Shown here: positions 27,075-36,636 of the stretch, piece by piece
Numbering within the stretch: the first letter of the stretch is position 1
Layout of the letters: every line of letters starts with the position of its first letter
Source: Rhodovulum sulfidophilum
Lineage (GTDB): Bacteria > Pseudomonadota > Alphaproteobacteria > Rhodobacterales > Rhodobacteraceae
DNA: 64,000 nt
Direction: 5' to 3'
NCBI GenBank assembly: GCA_003241785.1
Contig: QFPW01000013.1
Coordinates: forward strand, 53,420 to 117,419
Program-made: the position numbers and the translations under genes
Notes under the pieces: generated by a model
The model's database searches: none
Seen by the model: only the letters and a program-made list of their open reading frames with translations
What the model was told of the DNA's origin: nothing

Positions 27075-28469
27075 TCACGCCCGCCGCAGGGACCGCAGCA
27101 GGCCCGACAGGTCTTTGCTTTCGTTGCATGCGAACAGTTCGATCCCCGCCGCGCGCGTCGCCGCCTCCGTCAGGCCCGCGTAGCGCGCGCAGATCTCGAA
27201 TTTCGCGCCGAGCTCCGCGCGGGAAAGCGGGCGCGCCGGGGTTCCCGGCGCCTTGGCCACGCGCTCCTCAAGGCGCGCGCCATCCCGCGTCGTGATCGCG
27301 ATCTGAGTATAGCCCCGCGCGCCCGAGATCTCCCCGCTCGCCTCGCCGATCCCCTCCTCGCAGGCGGGATCCTCGTGGCAGGTCACCAGGCGCAGGTTCG
27401 ACTGCGCGACCTCGCGCAGGACCGCCGCGTCGGCGAAGCTCGCGAGCGTGATCTCGCCGTCCAGCATCGCGGCGAGGAAGCAGTATTCCATGCTGAACTT
27501 CGCCTGCAGCCCGGTGCGGGGCCGCGAATAGACCATGTTCACCAATCCCTTCGGGGGCAGCCGGCATTCGATCCCCGCGACATCCGCGAGGCGCAGTCCG
27601 TGACGCTCGCGCAGGATCAGCGTGGCCTCGATGCCGCGATGCGCGGCGAAGCAGCACGGGTATTTCTTCAGCGAGACGCCCGGGCTCGACATCGCCCAGG
27701 GATCGGCGATGTTCTCTGTGAGCCGTTCGATCCTGGAATTGGCTGTGCCATAGGCGTTGAAGAAGCCGCGAGGCGCTTCGAGGATATCCTCCGCTCCCCT
27801 GAGGCCGGAGGCGACCAGGTCGGCCGCCGCGGTCGCATTGCGCGCCGCCCAGCCGGAATGGAAGGCTTTCATCTCCGACCCCGTCTGGCCGAGCAGGCCC
27901 GAGGCGAAGGAGCTGTAGATCGCGAGCGTTTGCGCCGCCCCTTCGACGCCCGACCGGCGCAGTCGCGCGAGCGCCGCGGCGGCGCCCATGCCCCCGAGGG
28001 TCCCGGTCGCGTGAAAGCCGCGGACGCGGTGGTGCTCGAGCGAGATCGCGATCCCCATCCGGGCCGCCACCTCGTAGCCGACGATGAAGGCGTCGGTAAG
28101 TTCGGCGCCGGAGACCGGCCGGCGTGCGATCTCGCCGATCAGCGCGGCCAGGATCACCGCCGCCGGGTGACCCGGCATCATCGAGAAGACATCGTCGAAT
28201 TCGAGCGCGTGACCGAACGCGCCGTTGATCATGGCCGCGATCTCGGGGGAGGTCATCAGGGAGGTGCCGAGCACCGGGACCTTCCCCGCCGCGCCCGACA
28301 TTCTGGCGTAGTCGAGCAGCGCGGGGGCCGCTTCGCCGCCCGCGCCGGAGATGATGGCGGCGAAGGTGTCGATGATGATCCGGTTCGCCTCGGCGCGGAG
28401 TTCGGGCGGCTGAGCGCTCGCGGGTGACCCCACGATGAACTCCGCCAGCGATCGGGTGATCGGCTTCAT
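27075..28469 (-). CDS. MmgE/PrpD-family protein (copy 2, 464 aa)
   Basis: It carries the same family blocks as copy 1 (INGAFGHALEFDD, GFHATGTLGGM, SEMKAFHSGWAA, GLQAKFSMEY). It is otherwise clearly divergent and lacks the Ala/Pro-rich tail. Confidence 0.85.
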   Translation of the reverse strand: MKPITRSLAEFIVGSPASAQPPELRAEANRIIIDTFAAIISGAGGEAAPALLDYARMSGAAGKVPVLGTSLMTSPEIAAMINGAFGHALEFDDVFSMMPGHPAAVILAALIGEIARRPVSGAELTDAFIVGYEVAARMGIAISLEHHRVRGFHATGTLGGMGAAAALARLRRSGVEGAAQTLAIYSSFASGLLGQTGSEMKAFHSGWAARNATAAADLVASGLRGAEDILEAPRGFFNAYGTANSRIERLTENIADPWAMSSPGVSLKKYPCCFAAHRGIEATLILRERHGLRLADVAGIECRLPPKGLVNMVYSRPRTGLQAKFSMEYCFLAAMLDGEITLASFADAAVLREVAQSNLRLVTCHEDPACEEGIGEASGEISGARGYTQIAITTRDGARLEERVAKAPGTPARPLSRAELGAKFEICARYAGLTEAATRAAGIELFACNESKDLSGLLRSLRRA

Positions 28470-28509
28470 GGTCGTACCTGCTTGACGGCGGACGCGATTG
28501 GCGCGGCGG

Positions 28510-29472
28510 CTACTGGGAAAGGCCGAGTCCGTCGATGAGCGGAATCCAGGTCGCGAAATCCGCGTCGAGCACCTTCCGGAAGCTCGCGGCCGAGGGATCC
28601 TCGGCCGGCAGAAACCCCTGCGCTTCGATCACGCCGAGGAATTCGGGGCTCTTCAGGACCTTCGCGAGCGCGCCTTCGAGGACCGCCACCTTTTCGTCGG
28701 AAACCCCCGCCCCGGTCATCAGCCCATACCAGGTGATCATGTCGATGCCCGGATACCCCGCCTCCGCCGTCGTGGGCACCCCGGGCAGCTGCGCGGAATG
28801 GCGATGGTCGATGATCGCGAGCGGCGTGATCATCCCGCTCTCCAGGAAGGGGGGCAACGTCGCGACATTGGCGAACACCACGTCGATATTGCCTGCCTGC
28901 AGGTCGGTCAGCGCGGGCGCCAGACCCTTGTAGGGCACATGGACGAGGGTGCCGCCGGTTTCCTTGGCGAAGAGGGCTCCCGCGAGATGCAGCGCGGTGC
29001 CGACGCCGGGGCTGCCGTATGTGAGCTTCGGCTCCTCCCTGGAGCGCGCGACGAGACCCGCGAAGTCGGTGACGCCGAGCGAGGCGCGCACGACGGCGGC
29101 CGATTGCGCCTCCGCGACCTGGCCGATGGGCCGCATGTCTTCCAGCACGTCGTAGGGCAGATCGTAGACACCGGCCGCGAAGACCAGCGAGCCGTTGCCG
29201 CCGAGCACGACGGTGTATCCGTCGGGCTCCGCCGCCGCCGCGAGCCCGACGCCGATCGAGCCGCCGGCGCCCGCGTGGTTCTCGACGATGACCGAGGTGC
29301 CCAGTGCCTTGCCGAGGCCGTCCGCCACGGCGCGGGCGAGCGCGTCGCTCGCGCCGCCCGCCGCGAAGGGCGCGATCAGGGTGATCGGCCGATCCGGATA
29401 GCTCTCCGCGCGGGCCGCGAACGCGGCGAAGGCGGCGAGAATGAAAGCGGCGGTTCCGACGGTTTTTTTCAT
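28510..29472 (-). CDS. tctC: Bug/TctC-family substrate-binding protein (copy 2)
   Basis: The internal start MKKTVGTAAFILAAFAAFAARA is a signal peptide preceded by GGGGAGGAA. The family block is YPDRPITLIAPFAAGGASDALAR...VIVENHAGAGG. Confidence 0.85.
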   Translation of the reverse strand: MKKTVGTAAFILAAFAAFAARAESYPDRPITLIAPFAAGGASDALARAVADGLGKALGTSVIVENHAGAGGSIGVGLAAAAEPDGYTVVLGGNGSLVFAAGVYDLPYDVLEDMRPIGQVAEAQSAAVVRASLGVTDFAGLVARSREEPKLTYGSPGVGTALHLAGALFAKETGGTLVHVPYKGLAPALTDLQAGNIDVVFANVATLPPFLESGMITPLAIIDHRHSAQLPGVPTTAEAGYPGIDMITWYGLMTGAGVSDEKVAVLEGALAKVLKSPEFLGVIEAQGFLPAEDPSAASFRKVLDADFATWIPLIDGLGLSQ

Positions 29473-29495
29473 GATTTCCTCCCCTGTGACCGATG

Positions 29496-30386
29496 CTAGA
29501 AAACGCGGATTCCGCGCGTCCGTGTCCTGAGCCTGAAGATCGCCGAGGACGTGGCGAAGAACAGCTCCGACCGGTCCGCGCCGCCGAAGCAGAAGTTGCG
29601 GCATTGGTCCGGTGTCCGGATGACGCCGATCAGGTCGCCGGACGGGTGGAACACGTGCACGCCGGCCGGACCGGTGCAGTAGATCCTGCCTTGCTCGTCC
29701 ACCTTCAGGCCGTCGGCCTTGCCCGGCTCCGTCCCTTCGAGCCTTGCGATTACCTCGCCCCCGGTCAGCGTGCCATCGGCCGCGAGGTGGAAGCGGCGAA
29801 TATGGTCGCGAGGCGTGTCGTTGACCAGGAGCGATGTCTCGCCGGGTTCGAAGCACAGGCCGTTCGGCTGTTCGAAATCGCTCGCCATCAGCGAAATCGT
29901 TCCGTCCGGATCGAGGCGATAGACCCCGCGATGGTCCTGAGGGATGGGGCGCGCCACGCCGGCGGCGGGACTGGTGCGGCCGTAGGTCGGGTCGGTGAAC
30001 CAGATCGCGCCCTTGCCGTCGACGACGAGGTCATTGGGGCTGTTGAGCTCCTTGCCCGCGTGATGCGTCGCCAGCACCGTCACGTAGCGGCCGTCCGGCT
30101 CCCAGCGGGTCACGCTGCTCGTCGCATGCTCGCAACTGACGATCCGGCCCTCGGCGTCGACGAAATTGCCGTTGGTGATGTTGCTTGGCGTCCTGATGAC
30201 CGAGGTGCCGTCCGCCTCGCTCCACTTGTAGACCTTGCCGTGCGCCATATCGGAGAAGATCAGGTAGTCTTCCCGATGATGCCAGATGATGCCCTCGGTC
30301 AGCTTGTAGCCTTCGGAGACGGCGTCCATGCGCGCGTCCGGCGCGATGAGGGCTTCCAGAGCCGCGTGGGATTTGTCGAAGATCAT
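29496..30386 (-). CDS. SMP-30/gluconolactonase/LRE-family lactonase-like protein
   Basis: The internal start is MIFDKSHAALEAL. Beta-propeller blocks are EGIIWHH, SPNDLVVDGKGAIWFTDP, QPNGLCF and ADGLKVDEQGRIY. Confidence 0.8.
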   Translation of the reverse strand: MIFDKSHAALEALIAPDARMDAVSEGYKLTEGIIWHHREDYLIFSDMAHGKVYKWSEADGTSVIRTPSNITNGNFVDAEGRIVSCEHATSSVTRWEPDGRYVTVLATHHAGKELNSPNDLVVDGKGAIWFTDPTYGRTSPAAGVARPIPQDHRGVYRLDPDGTISLMASDFEQPNGLCFEPGETSLLVNDTPRDHIRRFHLAADGTLTGGEVIARLEGTEPGKADGLKVDEQGRIYCTGPAGVHVFHPSGDLIGVIRTPDQCRNFCFGGADRSELFFATSSAIFRLRTRTRGIRVF

Positions 30387-30402
30387 CACTAGTCCTTGCC
30401 TT

Positions 30403-31008
30403 TCACGACTGGAGCGGGCGGGTCGCGGCGACGGAGGCGCGGGCATTCCGCGCGTCCGCCCATTTCGCGAGTTGGGGATGCGTGCCGCGCCAGTCCCGCT
30501 GGCCCGCGCGGGCGTCCATCCAGCCGAGCGCGCAGACCGCCGCGATGGCGCCGATGTCGAAGACCTCGCCGCGTCGCGGAAGCGCGGCCTCGAGCGCGGC
30601 GAGACAATGGTCGACCTTGGCCCATTGCGCGGCCTCGTAGTCCGGCCATCGCTTCTCGGCCGCCTTGCCGCGCTCGATCGTCGCGAGAACGCCGGCGGTG
30701 ACCAGCGCGTCGGCCGTCGCGTTGAGCGTCAGCGCCGCGCGACGCTCCGGGTGCGTGGCGGGAATGACGCGCGGCGAAGCCTCCAGCTCGTCGAGGTAGT
30801 CGCAGATCACGAGTGAGTCGAAGACGGCGGCGCCGTCGTCCAGGACCAGTGTCGGGATCTTGCCGCTCGGATTGAGACGCAGGAGCTCCGCGTTGATCTT
30901 TCCCTGACCGACCGCGGCCGGCTCGATCTCGACCGGCAATCCCTTCTCGTGGACGCAGATCATCACCTTCCGCACATATGGCGAAAGCTTCCCGTGCAGG
31001 ATTTTCAA
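30403..31008 (-). CDS. Glutathione S-transferase family protein
   Basis: The thioredoxin-fold N-terminus reads KILHGKLSPYVRKV...GKIPTLVLDDG..FDSLVICDYL. I place the start at TTG 31008, preceded by GGGAGA at 5-6 nt. The ORF-track ATG at 31065 adds an atypical basic 19-aa extension. Confidence 0.75.
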   Translation of the reverse strand: MKILHGKLSPYVRKVMICVHEKGLPVEIEPAAVGQGKINAELLRLNPSGKIPTLVLDDGAAVFDSLVICDYLDELEASPRVIPATHPERRAALTLNATADALVTAGVLATIERGKAAEKRWPDYEAAQWAKVDHCLAALEAALPRRGEVFDIGAIAAVCALGWMDARAGQRDWRGTHPQLAKWADARNARASVAATRPLQS

Positions 31009-31078
31009 GAGATTCTCCCAAGTGCCTTTTTGGGTCACCCTGCGCTTCCGCGGCGCGTCAGTCAATTATAAATCGCGC

Positions 31079-31108
31079 ATTGTGAGATTTTATCGAAAAA
31101 ATCACAAT
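31079..31108. promoter_or_regulatory. Candidate operator: inverted repeat ATTGTGA-N16-TCACAAT
   Basis: Perfect 7-bp arms (31079-31085 and 31102-31108), flanked by partly complementary T/A runs, lie in the AT-rich GST / IclR divergent intergenic region. Confidence 0.45.
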
Positions 31109-31171
31109 GTGTGGATTCCAGATATGCTCCAGATGCGGAATGTGAAAAAAGACGGGCTGGGAGGCATGAGG

Positions 31172-31954
31172 ATGGATGGAAGCGACGCGCGTGGTCGAGC
31201 AAGCAGCACCAGGATGCTGGCGGCTCTGGACCTTTTCTCGGTGGAACGGCCCGTCATCAGCGCGATGGACATCGGCGCGGAACTCAGCTTGCCGCGGGCG
31301 ACGACCTATAGGCACCTGAAGACACTCTGCGAGGCGGGACTTCTGCTCCGCCTCGGGAACAGCGACTTTTGCCTTGGTCCGCGGATCGTCCAGCTCGACC
31401 GGCAGATCCAGCTCTCCGATCCACTGATCGCCGCCAGCCGCGCGCCCATGGTGGAATGTCTGCGAACGCAGGGCTGGGACGGCATGTTGCTCTGCAGCTT
31501 TGTGCGCGACTTCGTCCTCTGCACGCATCAGGAGGTTCGACCCGGTTCCGAAATCCAGCTGAAACGCGCGCGGGGCATCCCCTTTCCGATGTTCCACGGA
31601 CCCGCCTCCCTCATCATCGCGGCGCACCTGCCCATCGGGCGGGTGCGCGAACTCTATATCCGGGCGCTGGAGGAGGACGGCGCCTCGGCGCGGGCTCTCG
31701 GCCCCGACTGGGACAGCGCCCGGAAGCGTCTGCGCGCGATAAAGCAGCGGGGGTTCGTGGTCTCGCAGAACGAGTTCCAGACCGGAATGACGGGCGTCAG
31801 CGCGCCGATCTTCGATTCGAAGCACGGAATCGTGGGCAGTGTCTCGGCCGTGCTCGGTCCGGCGGTGACCGGCCAGGACGAAGCCAAGATGGGGCGAGGC
31901 ATCCTGGACTGCGCGAGAACGATCACGGATCGATTGGAGAAGCGGATCGGTTGA
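31172..31954 (+). CDS. IclR-family transcriptional regulator
   Basis: The HTH reads ISAMDIGAELSLPRATTYRHLKTLCEAGLL. The effector domain carries GMTGVSAPIFD. ATG 31172 has GGAGG 7 nt upstream. In-frame alternative starts are at 31166, 31133 and 31124. Confidence 0.8.
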   Translation: MDGSDARGRASSTRMLAALDLFSVERPVISAMDIGAELSLPRATTYRHLKTLCEAGLLLRLGNSDFCLGPRIVQLDRQIQLSDPLIAASRAPMVECLRTQGWDGMLLCSFVRDFVLCTHQEVRPGSEIQLKRARGIPFPMFHGPASLIIAAHLPIGRVRELYIRALEEDGASARALGPDWDSARKRLRAIKQRGFVVSQNEFQTGMTGVSAPIFDSKHGIVGSVSAVLGPAVTGQDEAKMGRGILDCARTITDRLEKRIG

Positions 31955-32033
31955 CCGGCGAACCGGGGCCCCCGTTCGCCGCGCCGAGGAACCAGCCCCC
32001 GTCTGGACTCGAGTTCCGGGGGTGCCGTTCCGG

Positions 32034-32070
32034 CCTTCCGCGGGCCGGAACGGCGCTTTTCGCGCGGCCG
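32034..32070 (+). terminator. Rho-independent terminator downstream of the IclR gene
   Basis: A perfect 12-bp stem GCCGTTCCGGCC / GGCCGGAACGGC has a 7-nt loop and is followed by GCTTTTC. Confidence 0.7.
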
Positions 32071-32419
32071 GAATGCGCGCGCCTGGAAAACCGGCGCGCA
32101 AGCCCGCCGCCCGGCACGATTGACCCATCCCGATCCGCCAGCGGGCGCGAGGCCCGCCGTGAGCTGCGCCACCAGATGGAGGAGGATCGCGCCGGGGGCG
32201 GGCCTTCGTCGGAATCTCCTCCAGTGCGTCGCCCGGCGGCTGATAACGCGAAGCCCGAAATCTGTGCAGCGCGCGCTCGAGGTGGCCGCGCTTTCATCGT
32301 TCGATGCCTTGGCCCGGCCGAGCGTCTATTTTTTAGTATTACGAATTGATTTTTTGATGAGTATGAATTTTGCCCGTCCCGGACGTGGCGAAGTTTTCAT
32401 CGTATTCAGCGGGCTTTGT

Positions 32420-33646
32420 ATGGACCGATCAATCCTTCTCGCCTCCCTCCTGGTAGCCGGCGCGGCGCTCACCCCCGTCCATGCCGAGGAAACCGAGGTT
32501 TTGCACTACTGGACATCGGGAAGCGAGGCGGCCGCGCTGGCCCGGATCGCAGAGGCCTTCGAGGCCAAGGGCGGCGTCTGGAAGGACCTGCCGGTGGCCG
32601 GTTTCGAGGCCGAGCGGACCGTGGCCATGACGCGCTTCGCCGGCGGCACGCCGCCCGCGGCGATGCTGACCGAACTCGGGCAGGAGACGAACAAGCTCGC
32701 GGAGGCCGGCGTGCTGCGCGACCTGACCGAGATCGCGACGGCGGAAAACTGGGACGCCGTTTTGCCGCGCCCGGTCGCGGACGCGGTGAAGGTGGACGGC
32801 GCCTTCTTCGCGGTGCCGGTCGATATCGGCGGGCGGAACTGGATGTACACCTCGCCGAAGGTCCTCGCCGAGGCGGGCGTCGCGGCGCCGACGACCTGGG
32901 AGGAGTTCTTCCCCGCCGCCGAGGCGATCAAGGCCAAGGGGCATATCCCGCTCGCGCTCGGCGGCGAGAGCTGGCAGGAGGCGATCCTGTTCTCGGCCGT
33001 CCTCGCGGGCGTCGGCGGCAACGACTTCTTCAAGGCGATCTACGAGGACGCCGACGCCGACGCCGCCCGATCGGACAAGATGGTCGAGGTCTTCGACACC
33101 TTCCGGCGCCTGGGCGGCTACGTCGATCCCGGCAGCCCCGGCCGCGCCTGGAACGACACCACCAATCTCGTCATCACCGACCAGGCCGGCATGATCATCA
33201 TGGGCGACTGGGCCAAGGGCGAGTTCGTCTCGGCGGGCAAGACGGCGGGCGCGGATTTCGGCTGCGCGCTCGCGCCCGGGACCGCGCATTTCTACGACGC
33301 CATCGTCGACGCCTTCGTCTTCCCGACCGTGAAGGGCGACGCCTCGGCGCAGGACATGCTCATCGCGACGATGATGGATCCGGCGACACAGGTGGCCTTC
33401 AACCGCGTCAAGGGCTCGCTGCCGCCCCGGAGCGACGCCGACACCGCCGCGCTCGACGCCTGCGCCGTCCTCGGCGCGACGACCATGGCCGATCCCGAGA
33501 CCTATGTTCCGGCGATTGCCAGCCGCCCGACCAACGACGTCTCGGGCCAGCTCGAGGATATCGTGTCCGGGTTCTGGAACGACCCCGCCATGACCTCCGC
33601 CGACGCCGCCGAGGCCTACGCGGCGGTGCTCGAGAGCGTCGAGTGA
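32420..33646 (+). CDS. ABC sugar transporter substrate-binding protein (family 1 SBP)
   Basis: The internal start MDRSILLASLLVAGAALTPVHA is a signal peptide. The body is typical of CUT1 SBPs (EVLHYWTSG..., IPLALGGESWQ, MGDWAKGEF). Confidence 0.85.
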   Translation: MDRSILLASLLVAGAALTPVHAEETEVLHYWTSGSEAAALARIAEAFEAKGGVWKDLPVAGFEAERTVAMTRFAGGTPPAAMLTELGQETNKLAEAGVLRDLTEIATAENWDAVLPRPVADAVKVDGAFFAVPVDIGGRNWMYTSPKVLAEAGVAAPTTWEEFFPAAEAIKAKGHIPLALGGESWQEAILFSAVLAGVGGNDFFKAIYEDADADAARSDKMVEVFDTFRRLGGYVDPGSPGRAWNDTTNLVITDQAGMIIMGDWAKGEFVSAGKTAGADFGCALAPGTAHFYDAIVDAFVFPTVKGDASAQDMLIATMMDPATQVAFNRVKGSLPPRSDADTAALDACAVLGATTMADPETYVPAIASRPTNDVSGQLEDIVSGFWNDPAMTSADAAEAYAAVLESVE

Positions 33647-33713
33647 CGCGCGACCGCGACGAGAAGACGGCCGGCCCGACCCCGGAGCCGGCCGCGCGGA
33701 GGACGGAACCCAG

Positions 33714-34670
33714 ATGAAAGCCAATCTCTCCGGCGCCGGGGGCGTCGCGCTCGCCGCCCCCGCGCAGACGCCGGCCGCCGGAGGCGCGGCCGGCCGGCCG
33801 ATCCGGCTGCCCAACCGGGCCGCGCTCGCCATGACCGTGACGCCGATGATCGTCATGGTCGGGCTCTGTTTCTACGGGACCCTGCTCTGGACGCTCTACG
33901 TCTCCTTCACGAAATCCGGGCTGCTGCCCAGCTACGAATTCGCGGGCCTGGTCCAGTACGAGCGGCTGGCGCGCACGCCGCGCTGGTGGGTCGCGGTGGC
34001 GAACATGTTCATCCTCGGCGGCCTCGGCATCACCATCTCGATGCTGTTCGGGACCTTCCTCGCGATCCTGCTCGATCAGAAGGTGCGCGCCGAGGGCGTC
34101 TTCCGCACCGCCTTCCTCTATCCGCAGGCACTTTCCTTCATCGTGACCGGTCTCGCCTGGCAGTGGTTCCTGAATCCCCAGATGGGGTTCGAGCGGTTCG
34201 TCCGCGGCCTCGGCTTCGAGAGCTTCCAGTTCGACTGGATCACCGACCGGGACAAGGCGATCTACACCATCGCCTTCGCGCTGATCTGGCATTCCTCGGG
34301 CCTCGTCATGGCGATGATGCTCGCGGGGCTCCGGTCGATCGACGGCGACGTCTGGCGGGCAATCCGCGTCGAGGGCATTCCGAAATGGCGCGCCTATGTC
34401 TCGATCATCCTGCCGATGCTGCGCCCGATGATCGTCACCAACATCGTCATGATGGCGATCGCCGTGGTGAAATCCTATGATCTCGTCGTGGCGATGACCA
34501 AGGGAGGCCCCGGAAACGCCACAGACGTGCCCGGCCTCTTCGTGGTCGATTACGCGTTCGAGCGCGCGAACCTCGGCCTCGCCTCGGCGGCGGCGGTGGC
34601 GATGCTGCTCATGGTGGCGGCGTTGCTCGGCCCCTATTTCTACTTCGAGACGCGGAGGAGCGGACGATGA
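33714..34670 (+). CDS. ABC sugar transporter permease (MalF/UgpA-like)
   Basis: The 318-aa protein has 6 TM segments and the EAA-loop block RAIRVEGIPKWRAYVSIILPMLRP. Confidence 0.85.
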   Translation: MKANLSGAGGVALAAPAQTPAAGGAAGRPIRLPNRAALAMTVTPMIVMVGLCFYGTLLWTLYVSFTKSGLLPSYEFAGLVQYERLARTPRWWVAVANMFILGGLGITISMLFGTFLAILLDQKVRAEGVFRTAFLYPQALSFIVTGLAWQWFLNPQMGFERFVRGLGFESFQFDWITDRDKAIYTIAFALIWHSSGLVMAMMLAGLRSIDGDVWRAIRVEGIPKWRAYVSIILPMLRPMIVTNIVMMAIAVVKSYDLVVAMTKGGPGNATDVPGLFVVDYAFERANLGLASAAAVAMLLMVAALLGPYFYFETRRSGR

Positions 34671-35530
34671 CGCTCGCGCCCGCCGGACGCGTGGCGCGGT
34701 ACGGCCTCTATGCCTTCCTGATCTCCGCGGTCCTCTTCTACGCGATCCCGCTCTTCATCGTGATCTCGACCTCGCTGAAATCGATGGAGGAGATCCGCGC
34801 CGGCTCGATCTTCGCCCTGCCCCAGGCCCCAAGCCTCGCCGCCTGGGGCAAGGCCTGGTCGGGCGCCTGCACCGGGCTCGCCTGCGAGGGGATCTCGGCG
34901 GGGTTCCGCAACTCGGTGATGATCCTCGTCCCCTCGATGATCCTCTCGATCCTGTTCGGCGCGATGAACGGCTACGCACTGGCGCAATGGCGCTTCAAGG
35001 GCGCGGACGCGCTGATGGCGGCGATCATGATCGGCGCCTTCATCCCGTATCAGGTCGTGCTCTATCCGCTGGTGCGCCTCGCCGCGACCGTCGGGATCTA
35101 CGGCAGCCTGGCGGGGATCGTGCTGATCCACGTCGTCTTCGGCCTGCCGCTCATGACGATGATCTTCCGCAACTTCTATGCTTCGCTGCCAACCGAGATC
35201 CAGCGGGCGGCCCGCGTCGACGGCGCCGGCTTCTTCCGGATCTTCTTCCAGATCATGCTGCCGATGAGCACCAACGTGCTGATCGTCGCCGTGATCCTGC
35301 AATTCACGGGGATCTGGAACGACTATCTGCTCGGTCTCGTCTTCGCCGGGCCAAACTACCAGCCGATGACGGTTCAGCTCAACAACCTGGTCGGCGTGAC
35401 CAAGGGCTCCGTCGAATACAACGTCAACATGGCGGCGACGCTGCTGACCGCGATCCCGCCCCTGCTCGTCTACCTGATCTCGGGCCGTTACTTCGTGAAC
35501 GGCGTGGCGTCGGGCGCGGTGAAGGGATAA
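34667..35530 (+). CDS. ABC sugar transporter permease (MalG/UgpE-like)
   Basis: The 287-aa ORF has an ATGA overlap with the preceding permease. Its EAA loop reads RAARVDGAGFFRIFFQIMLPM. Confidence 0.85.
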   Translation: MTLAPAGRVARYGLYAFLISAVLFYAIPLFIVISTSLKSMEEIRAGSIFALPQAPSLAAWGKAWSGACTGLACEGISAGFRNSVMILVPSMILSILFGAMNGYALAQWRFKGADALMAAIMIGAFIPYQVVLYPLVRLAATVGIYGSLAGIVLIHVVFGLPLMTMIFRNFYASLPTEIQRAARVDGAGFFRIFFQIMLPMSTNVLIVAVILQFTGIWNDYLLGLVFAGPNYQPMTVQLNNLVGVTKGSVEYNVNMAATLLTAIPPLLVYLISGRYFVNGVASGAVKG

Positions 35531-35534
35531 TCCG

Positions 35535-36623
<1,089 letters not shown>

Positions 36624-36636
36624 TGAACCGAAAGAC

